Source of the DNA: an uncultured Bacillales bacterium
GTDB lineage: Bacteria; Bacillota_I; Bacilli_A; RF39; UBA660
Length of the DNA stretch: 32,000 nucleotides
NCBI GenBank assembly: GCA_902477075.1
Contig: CABSFU010000002.1
Location: 53,796 to 85,795 of the forward strand
Reading direction: 5' to 3'
Position numbers and translations under genes: made by a program. How positions within the stretch are numbered: position 1 is the stretch's first letter; each line of letters starts with the position of its first letter. Below, in pieces: positions 18,720-25,565 of the stretch. A model generated the notes under the pieces. That model saw only the letters and a list, made by a program, of their open reading frames with translations. It did no database searches and was not told the origin of the DNA.

Positions 18720-18880
18720 ATCCTTCCTTTTTACTTACTACTATTGTAATAAGTTTATGAAAATCGAACCATACTAACTATGTAGTAAGTTATCTTAATT
18801 ATAGTAAATTAAAAAGGGAAAAATGTTGGATTTTGTGCTAAAACAAAAAGGTAGATATTTTATAAGAAAAGGAGCTAGAT

Positions 18881-19369
18881 ATGAACAAAGAAAATTTAAA
18901 TAGATATGTTAAAGAAATATCTGATATTTTAGACGGCAAAATTAAAATTATTACCTCAATTGAATATTACTATGATTTAGAAAAACTAACATCTTCACTA
19001 AAAGATTTATCTGATATAGAAGCTGAAAATGTTTTAGAACAATTGATTAATGAAAAACTAGAACAAATTAAGAAAAGTGATAAAGCAGATAAATTTAGAG
19101 AAAATAATAGACTTGTGGATGATGTAACTGAATTCTTCTATGATGATAAAGAAGAAGATGGTGCTGTTGTTGAAGAAGGAAGTTGCATAGCAACAGATTT
19201 AGTTTTAAAAACAATAGGTATAAATGGTAGAAAAATTGAATTACCAGTAAAGATTTCATATATAAAAGAATATTGTATAAGTAATATTATTGAGGAAAAG
19301 GATATAAGAAAAACGTTGTTGTGGATAGTTTTAGAACTATCAGTTGTAAGTTATTTTTTAAACAATTAA
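18881..19369 (+). CDS. Hypothetical acidic protein
   Basis: 162-aa ORF with RBS (AAAAGGAG) and a following hairpin. No recognisable motif. Confidence 0.5.
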   Translation: MNKENLNRYVKEISDILDGKIKIITSIEYYYDLEKLTSSLKDLSDIEAENVLEQLINEKLEQIKKSDKADKFRENNRLVDDVTEFFYDDKEEDGAVVEEGSCIATDLVLKTIGINGRKIELPVKISYIKEYCISNIIEEKDIRKTLLWIVLELSVVSYFLNN

Positions 19370-19420
19370 AAATAACATATATAAGTAGTAGTTAGCAGTA
19401 CCTAAATCTACCTTTTTAAG

Positions 19421-19449
19421 ACACTTCTAATACTATGGAAGTGTTTTAT
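19421..19449 (+). terminator. Hairpin/terminator between the hypothetical gene and avd
   Basis: ACACTTC (19421-19427) / GAAGTGT (19438-19444) then TTT. It overlaps the ORF-track start 19435, which favours the internal ATG 19492 for avd. Confidence 0.5.
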
Positions 19450-19491
19450 ATTGTAATTAAGTTATATTTATATAGAAAAGGTCGTGATTTG

Positions 19492-20079
19492 ATGTTACAA
19501 GTTAGTAGAGCCAACAATCTTAAAGTTCCAAAAGCATTAGAAAATACTATTGATAATTTAAATAGTGTTGATGACAAAGTTGCAGTAAAACAAGCTCTAG
19601 CAACAGCAAATAATCAAAAATTTAATAAGAATAAAGTAAAAGAAAATGTTGAAAAAGATGGTGAATTAGAAAAAATTGAAAAAATTCCATTTAATGCAAA
19701 TGATTTAATGGTTATTACAGTTGTAAAAAAATTAGGAGCTTATATAATTGCAGTTACTGAAAAATCTCCAGCTAAATATAGAGGGGTGTTTGTTAATCGC
19801 ATGCAAAATTTATCATTAGAAATATTAGAGTTGCTTTTACAAGCAAATTTTGTAAGAATAGATTGCTTAGATAATAAAAAAAAGAGAGAAGAATATCAAA
19901 AGGATGCAATAATAAAGTTAAAAATGTTAGGTTATATATCAATGGTAGCAGAAAATTCAAATTGTATTTTATCTAGACAATTTAAACAAATCTCTATACA
20001 AATTGGTGAATCTATTAACTTGATAGCAGCATGGAAGAAAAGCGATGATTCTAGATGGAACAGTCGTACAAATAATTAA
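19492..20079 (+). CDS. avd: DGR accessory variability determinant (Avd-like four-helix-bundle protein) with N-terminal extension
   Basis: The C-terminal part of about 120 aa (VITVVKKLGAYIIAVTEKSPAKYRGVFVNRMQNLSLEILELLLQAN...IAAWKKS) matches the Avd / 23S-IVS-protein helical pattern from memory. Sits immediately upstream of TR and RT. Start could be 19435 or 19492. Confidence 0.7.
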   Translation: MLQVSRANNLKVPKALENTIDNLNSVDDKVAVKQALATANNQKFNKNKVKENVEKDGELEKIEKIPFNANDLMVITVVKKLGAYIIAVTEKSPAKYRGVFVNRMQNLSLEILELLLQANFVRIDCLDNKKKREEYQKDAIIKLKMLGYISMVAENSNCILSRQFKQISIQIGESINLIAAWKKSDDSRWNSRTNN

Positions 20080-20124
20080 AGGATTTTAAACCGAAAGGTT
20101 TTTAATTAAGTAAATAATTTATTC

Positions 20125-20449
20125 TAGCGGCTTTGCTTGTGTTGCGCCTTCGGCGCAGGGCTTTGTCTTTGTCCGCGCGGTCAATAAGAATGGTAATAGG
20201 AACAACAAATATAGATACAAACGCAATGGTGCTGTTCGCCCAGATTTGCTTTTGAAGAGATTATAAAATCTAAAAAACAGGTCAGAGAAATATATTTTAA
20301 GTAAAATATATCAGAACTTTAAAGCAAAGGAATTATTTACTTTTCTAACCGCTATAATAGTGCGGTGGATAAATTTTAGTGCTCACACCAACAACGATAT
20401 GTATGTATTTTTGAAGGTTAAAAAGGAGCACTTTTTTGGTGGTGATTAT
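20125..20449 (+). ncRNA. DGR template RNA region (GC-rich leader, TR, and about 200-nt spacer up to the RT start)
   Basis: Noncoding gap between avd and RT containing the TR. Hairpins GCGCC-ttc-GGCGC (20144-20156) and ACCGC-tataatagt-GCGGT (20348-20366); GTGCTC (20379-20384) / GAGCAC (20426-20431). Ends are not determinable from sequence. Confidence 0.45.
20170..20249 (+). repeat. DGR template repeat (TR), 80 nt
   Basis: Aligns over its full length with 21774..21854. All 53 non-A positions are identical and 12 of 27 adenines differ. In the target's frame it reads VRAVNKNGNRNNKYRYKRNGAVRPDL, rich in AAY/AAR codons. Confidence 0.95.
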
Positions 20450-21478
20450 ATGAATTTAGAGAATATATTTAGTTTTGAAAACTTATATGATGCACATAAA
20501 AAATGTAGAAAATCAAAACAACATAAAGGTGAAGTTATAAGATTTGAAGTAAACATTTCAGAGAATATTTATAAATTACAAAAAGAAATAATATCAAGGA
20601 AATATAAAGTAGGAAAATATAAGGAATTTATAATATATGAACCAAAAGAAAGATTAATACAAGCTCTTCCATATAGAGATAGAATTGTATTAAGATGTTT
20701 TTGCGATAATGTTTTAATTCCAAAGATTGAAAAAAAACTAATAAATGATAATGTTGCTTGTAGAAAAGGCAAAGGAACAAAATATGGAATGGATAGATTG
20801 AAATATTTTTTGCAAAAAGAATATTTTAAGTATAATGATAATAAAGTCTATTATTTGAAATGTGATATTCGCAAATATTTTCCTAGTATTAACCATAATA
20901 TTTTAATAAATAATCTAAAAAGGATTGACTTTTCAGATGATGAATTTTGGTTTATAAAAAAAATTATAAATGAACAACCTGATAATTTAGAAAGGGGTTT
21001 AGCATTAGGTAATCAATCAAGTCAATGGTTTGCTTTATACTATCTTGATAAAATTGATAGATTGATCAAAGAAGAATTGCAAATTAAAAGTTACGTAAGA
21101 TATATGGATGATTTTATTTTACTTCATCGTGATAAAAAGTATTTACAATATTGTTTAGAAAAAATAAATAAAGTTTGTATTGAAAAATTAGATTTGGAAC
21201 TTAATCAAAAAACACAAATAGGACTTGCATATAATGGAATTGATTTTTTAGGTTTTAATCATATTTTAACAAATAGTGGTAAGGTTATTAGAAAACTTAG
21301 GTTTTCATCTAAGCAGAGAATGAGAAAACATATTAAAACCATAAGAAAACTTAAAGATAAATCCATAATTGATGAAAAATATGTTGGTATGAGAATTAAC
21401 GCTTTTAAAGCACATTTAAAACATTCTAATGAAAAAAGTATGGACAAATTATTATCCAATTTAGATAAAAAAATATAA
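20450..21478 (+). CDS. DGR reverse transcriptase
   Basis: RT motifs PYRDRIVLR, DIRKYFPSINH, LALGNQSSQWFALYYL (the DGR-type [IL]GxxxSQ signature) and YVRYMDDFILL (YMDD). ATG 20450 is preceded by GGTGGTGA. Flanked by the TR/VR pair. Confidence 0.93.
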   Translation: MNLENIFSFENLYDAHKKCRKSKQHKGEVIRFEVNISENIYKLQKEIISRKYKVGKYKEFIIYEPKERLIQALPYRDRIVLRCFCDNVLIPKIEKKLINDNVACRKGKGTKYGMDRLKYFLQKEYFKYNDNKVYYLKCDIRKYFPSINHNILINNLKRIDFSDDEFWFIKKIINEQPDNLERGLALGNQSSQWFALYYLDKIDRLIKEELQIKSYVRYMDDFILLHRDKKYLQYCLEKINKVCIEKLDLELNQKTQIGLAYNGIDFLGFNHILTNSGKVIRKLRFSSKQRMRKHIKTIRKLKDKSIIDEKYVGMRINAFKAHLKHSNEKSMDKLLSNLDKKI

Positions 21479-21543
21479 AATTTGCAAAAATAGTAAGAAA
21501 AAATGATTTTATATGATAAAATATAGATGTGGTGATGATAAAA

Positions 21544-23467
21544 ATGAATAATCAAGATTTAACTTTATTGTCGGAAGGACAAATTTGGGGTAATGAAAAA
21601 GAATCTCAATTAGAAGTAATGAGAAAGTATGGAACAAAAGCTGCAATCACAGATTTATGTGTATTGACAGGTAGCTATTTATGCGAAGATACAGATTATA
21701 ATATTGATGAAGATAGTTCTTTAAAAGGCAGAACTAGTTGGTTTTGGACTAGATCTGATGATAACGATAATGATGTCCGCGCGGTCATTAGGGCATGGTA
21801 GTAGGTACGACAGGTATAGATACAGACGCGATGGTGCTGTTCGCCCAGCTTTGCAATCTTCTGTAATCTTTTCTCAAATCTCCCCGAACAGAGTGAGGGG
21901 ATACAACGGAACTGAAGAAGTAGAATATGGAGAATATCCACAATATGCTGCTGATTCAAGAATGCAAGGTATATTAGAATCAGAATATAATAGAGGAATG
22001 AATAAAACCGGAAGAAGTTATACATTTGATTCAGTAAAATATGACGATTATGATACAGGATTCAAGCCAGTAACTTATGAAGAATATGAATATCAAGGAA
22101 AGAAATATATTCGTATAAGAGCAAATTCTGATTTTGGTGGAAATAAATTTAAACTTTCAAATGGTGTTGAATATAGAGATGGCGATTGCGTTTGGGTAGA
22201 AGTATCACCTGTAAAATGGTTAATTGATGATAGAACAGGAATATTAGTTTCAAAAATAGGGTTAGTTTCTGGAATAAGATTTCTTGATAGAAATCATAAT
22301 TATAAAGGTGATTTTAGTAGAACAGAAATGAAGGAATATCTTGATAAATATATGATACGCGATTTAACTCAAACAGCAACATTTACTCGTGTTCAAGATA
22401 TGACTCCAGAAGAAAAAGCTCAATTTGAAGAAGAAAGAAAACAAGCTGAAAAAAGAAGAAATCCTTATGGTTTAAAATTTGGACAAGTTAGTGAAGAAGA
22501 AATTATTCAGGGTGCAATAGAAAGTGGTGTAGCAGTATTCTTGCATGGACCTTCATCAGAAGGTAAATCTGCAAGAGTAAAACAAATAGATCCTACTTGT
22601 GAAATAATTTATCTAAGAAATGCAACACCAGAAAGTTTAAATGGTAAAAGTGTTTACAATCAAGCAACAGGTGAAATGATAGATGTTAAACCAAGTTGGC
22701 TTAAAAAGTTAGAAGAAAAATGTGAAAAAGAACCAGACAGATTTCATATTTTATTTTTAGATGAAATTACAAATGCACTACCAAGTATTCAAGGTATAGC
22801 ATTTAATATAGTTTTAGATAGAGAAGTTAATGGTATTTGGAAATTGCCAGAAAACGCTAGAATAGTTGCAGCCGGTAATGATATGAAAGATTCATTAGCT
22901 GCAAATCAATTAGCAGAACCATTATTTAATAGATTTGCTCATGTTTATATTAAAACAACTACTGAAAGTTGGTTAAAATGGGCAAGTGAACATAATATAC
23001 ATCCTGCTATTTATTCATATATTGCTTATAAAAAAGGTGAAACATTAAGAAGTAAATATGATGGTGAAAAACCTAACGCAGATCCAAGAAAATGGGAAAT
23101 GGCTTCAAAAATGTTATATGCAACAGGTAGTCCAGAAATGTTAAGAGCGTTAGTAGGAGAGGATATAACAAGAGAATTTGTACAATTTTGTAATCAACAA
23201 GTTATAACATTAGATGATGTAATAAATGAAAATTATACCCAAAGAGACATACAAGCATTAAATACAGCAGAAAGATATGCAACAACTATGGGGTTATCAC
23301 AAGTTGATGATAACAACTTAGAAAAAGTAAGAGGTTTTGTTGCAGGATTAGGAGCAGAGTTTGGAGCAATTTTTGATGCTTTATGGACACATGGCGATGA
23401 AAGCAAATTAGAAAGACTTGCAGAAGCAAAACTTGCTGAAATGTCAGAAGGAGGTATAAGAAGATAA
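21544..23467 (+). CDS. DGR target (variable) protein: N-terminal VR-bearing domain fused to a MoxR/AAA_5-like ATPase; as sequenced it is interrupted by a 1-nt insertion inside the VR
   Basis: ORFs 21529..21801 and 21758..23467 are offset by +1. The TR frame is continuous across the junction, so removing 1 nt near 21793-21795 restores a protein of about 640 aa. Walker A GPSSEGKS (22547-22570), Walker B ILFLDE (22748-22765), sensor-1 IVAAGN, LFNRF. No signal peptide or TM segment visible. Confidence 0.8.
21774..21854 (+). repeat. DGR variable repeat (VR), 81 nt
   Basis: Cognate of TR with 12 A-to-N substitutions plus one extra nucleotide. The invariant GC-rich 3' end GGTGCTGTTCGCCCAG is a candidate IMH (initiation of mutagenic homing) site. 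Confidence 0.95.
21881..21901 (+). other. Short GC hairpin 27 nt downstream of VR
   Basis: TCCCC-gaacagagtga-GGGGA. DGRs often carry a hairpin/cruciform just 3' of VR; this one is weak (5 bp, 11-nt loop). Confidence 0.3.
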
Positions 23468-23859
23468 TGGAAAATAAGAAAGAAATATTACTATCATATA
23501 TAAGAGCAAATGTTGCACCAATTTTAGTTGATTTTATATCTGGTAATGATATAAATGGTGCAGTTGTATTACCCGCCAATGTTGATGTTAAAGAGTTAAA
23601 TGGTCATTATGATGGAGCTGATTTTATGCCACCAAAATGGCTTAATGAAATATTAAGTACAAATGCAAGTAAAATTTTAGTAATTGATAAAATTGATGCA
23701 ATAGCAAAAGAAGAACAATTAAAATTCTGTGAATTGTTAGAACACAGAAAAATATCTACATTTGAATTACCAAAAAGTTGTGTGATAATTGTAACAGCAA
23801 ACGAAATAAATAAAGATAAGATAAACGAAGAAATATTCTCATTAGTTGCACGAATTTGA
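23467..23859 (+). CDS. Small protein resembling a degenerate AAA+ half-domain (no Walker A)
   Basis: 130 aa; ILVIDKIDAI (Walker-B-like hhhhD), EEQLKFCELLEHRKI and CVIIVTAN (sensor-1-like) follow the AAA_5 order. The ATG overlaps the target gene's stop (TAATG). Confidence 0.6.
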   Translation: MENKKEILLSYIRANVAPILVDFISGNDINGAVVLPANVDVKELNGHYDGADFMPPKWLNEILSTNASKILVIDKIDAIAKEEQLKFCELLEHRKISTFELPKSCVIIVTANEINKDKINEEIFSLVARI

Positions 23860-23869
23860 GGTATAAGTT

Positions 23870-25468
23870 ATGAAATATGATATTGCAGCATTAAAAAGAA
23901 AAATGCTTGTTAAATATCCCTTTTTTGGGAGTGTAGTAGCAAGTGTAGGTTATAAAGAAAACAAAGATATACCAACCGCAGGTACAGATGGAGAAACAAT
24001 TTACTATAATCCTAAATATTTAGAAAGTTTAAGTGTTGAAGAACAAACTTTTATATTTGCTCATGAAGTATGTCATATTGCATTCAATCATATATTAAGA
24101 AGTGAAGGTAAAGATCCAGAGTTATGGAATATTGCTACTGATGGTGTTATTAATCAATTTTTAAAACGAGATGGATTAAAAATGGCACCGGGTGGTGTTG
24201 ATATGGCAGAAGCTATTAATTATGATGCTGAACAGTTATATGAAAAACTATTACAAGAAAAACAACAAAGACAACAGCAACAACAAAATGGACAAGGTAA
24301 TAGTCAAAGCGAACAAGGTAATCAGCAACAAAATCAACAACAAAGCAGTGGTAGTAGTCAAGGCGAAAATGGTCAACAACAATCTCAATCACAACAACAA
24401 ACTGGCGATTCACAAAATCAAGAACAAAATCAAGAAGACCAGAAACAAAATAGTGGTGCAGGACAAAGTGGAGATGAACAACAACAATCTCAACAACAAA
24501 ATAGTTCTAATAGTGGAAACTCACAAGAACAAGATAAGCAATCACAAGAACAAAGCGGTGGTGGATCTGAGAAAGATTCACAAGAAGAAGATAAATCAAA
24601 GCAAGATGTTGGACATGATACTCACAGTATGTGGGAGCAAGCAGTTAAAAAGCACAAAGAGCAACAAGAAAAATCTGATAAAAAAGAGAGCTTATTAGAT
24701 AAACTTTTAGGAAAAGATAAAAAAGAAAAAGAAAAGAGTGAACTAGAAAAGAAACAAGAAGAACTTGAAGGCATGGGAGAAAAAGATGCTTTTAAGAAAA
24801 ATCTTGAAGATAAGAAAAAGCAACTTGAAGAATTAAAAGAAGCAATTTCTAAACAAGCATCACAAGCAGGAACTTCAACAAATAGAGATGTTAGAACAGT
24901 TAATGATATTGGTACTGCAAAACCAATAGTTGATTGGCGATATGTTTTGAGAGAAGCAATTAAATATGATGTAGATTGGTCATATAAAAATGCTACATTA
25001 GAAGATGGAGTTGTTACTGCTAATTTAGAAGAACAACCAATGCCAGAAACTGAAATTGTTCTTGATACAAGTGGTTCAATAAATGAAGTATTATTAAAGA
25101 ACTTTTTAAGAGAATGTAAAAATATATTACAACATACTAAATTAAAAGTAGGATGTTTTGATACAGAATTTTATGGATTTCATGAAATTAGAACGGAAGA
25201 AGATATAGAAAATATGCGATTTGAAGGTGGTGGAGGAACTGACTTTGATGTCGCTGTAGGCGCTTTTTCAAGAAGAGTTGAAAATAAAATAATATTTACT
25301 GATGGAGATGCTTCAATGCCAGATATGTCAATTGATGCAATATGGATAGTATTTGGTGGTGAAAAAATTAGTCCAAAAGGTGGTAAAGTAATTCACATTA
25401 CATCAGAACAATTAGATAGGTTATATTCATACGAAATTGAAAGTGAAACTAAAGGTAGATCAAGATAA
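23870..25468 (+). CDS. Putative Zn-metallopeptidase (DUF2201_N-like, HExxH) + VWA-like domain protein with long Q/S/E/K-rich linker
   Basis: N-terminal KYPFFGSVV...PTAGTDGETIYYNP...FAHEVCHIAFNH (HEVCH at 24062-24076). C-terminal VWA-like region with DTSGS MIDAS motif (25064-25078), GGGGTDF and IFTDGDA. RBS GAGG precedes the start. Confidence 0.8.
   Translation: MKYDIAALKRKMLVKYPFFGSVVASVGYKENKDIPTAGTDGETIYYNPKYLESLSVEEQTFIFAHEVCHIAFNHILRSEGKDPELWNIATDGVINQFLKRDGLKMAPGGVDMAEAINYDAEQLYEKLLQEKQQRQQQQQNGQGNSQSEQGNQQQNQQQSSGSSQGENGQQQSQSQQQTGDSQNQEQNQEDQKQNSGAGQSGDEQQQSQQQNSSNSGNSQEQDKQSQEQSGGGSEKDSQEEDKSKQDVGHDTHSMWEQAVKKHKEQQEKSDKKESLLDKLLGKDKKEKEKSELEKKQEELEGMGEKDAFKKNLEDKKKQLEELKEAISKQASQAGTSTNRDVRTVNDIGTAKPIVDWRYVLREAIKYDVDWSYKNATLEDGVVTANLEEQPMPETEIVLDTSGSINEVLLKNFLRECKNILQHTKLKVGCFDTEFYGFHEIRTEEDIENMRFEGGGGTDFDVAVGAFSRRVENKIIFTDGDASMPDMSIDAIWIVFGGEKISPKGGKVIHITSEQLDRLYSYEIESETKGRSR
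24254..24875 (+). repeat. Low-complexity coding tract (CAA/CAG-rich Q/S/N/E segment, then K/E-rich segment)
   Basis: aa ~129-245 are QQRQQQQQNGQGNSQSEQGNQQQNQQQSSGSSQ...; aa ~255-335 are KEKEKSELEKKQEELE... The tract also generates the spurious ORFs 24192..24698 and 24216..24413. Confidence 0.8.
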
Positions 25469-25477
25469 AAGATAAAA

Positions 25478-25510
25478 AACATAATTCGTGGTTTTGAATT
25501 ATGTTTTTTT
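25478..25510 (+). terminator. Strong terminator ending the DGR/AAA/VWA transcription unit
   Basis: AACATAATTC (25478-25487) / GAATTATGTT (25496-25505), 10-bp stem, then T-run. Confidence 0.8.
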
Positions 25511-25565
25511 ATATACAAAAATAAAGTAAAAAATATATGTATTATATTATGTGAAAGGAGGAAAC

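Noticed and set aside
20450-21478. RT considered as a retron, Abi/DRT-type defence RT or group II intron maturase
   Set aside because: The cognate TR/VR pair with adenine-only changes, the upstream Avd-like gene, YMDD plus the LGNQSSQ motif, and the absence of intron RNA domains or a retron-style inverted-repeat msr/msd all point to a DGR RT.
21529-21801. The 90-aa ORF as an independent small DGR target gene
   Set aside because: The TR reading frame runs continuously across the point where this ORF stops. The conserved VR 3' end is only meaningful in the +1 frame of the next ORF, and the VR is 1 nt longer than the TR. The two ORFs are therefore halves of one gene.
21787-21801. Programmed +1 ribosomal frameshift at ..GCA TGG TAG..
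   Set aside because: It is conceivable at a stop-adjacent site. However, the extra base is an insertion relative to the TR inside the mutagenised tract, so a simple indel is more parsimonious. I keep it as an alternative in the finding.
24192-24698. 168-aa plus-strand ORF and 65-aa minus-strand ORF (24216..24413) inside the VWA gene
   Set aside because: These are alternative-frame artefacts of the CAA/CAG low-complexity tract. Their products are N/K-rich nonsense with no RBS.
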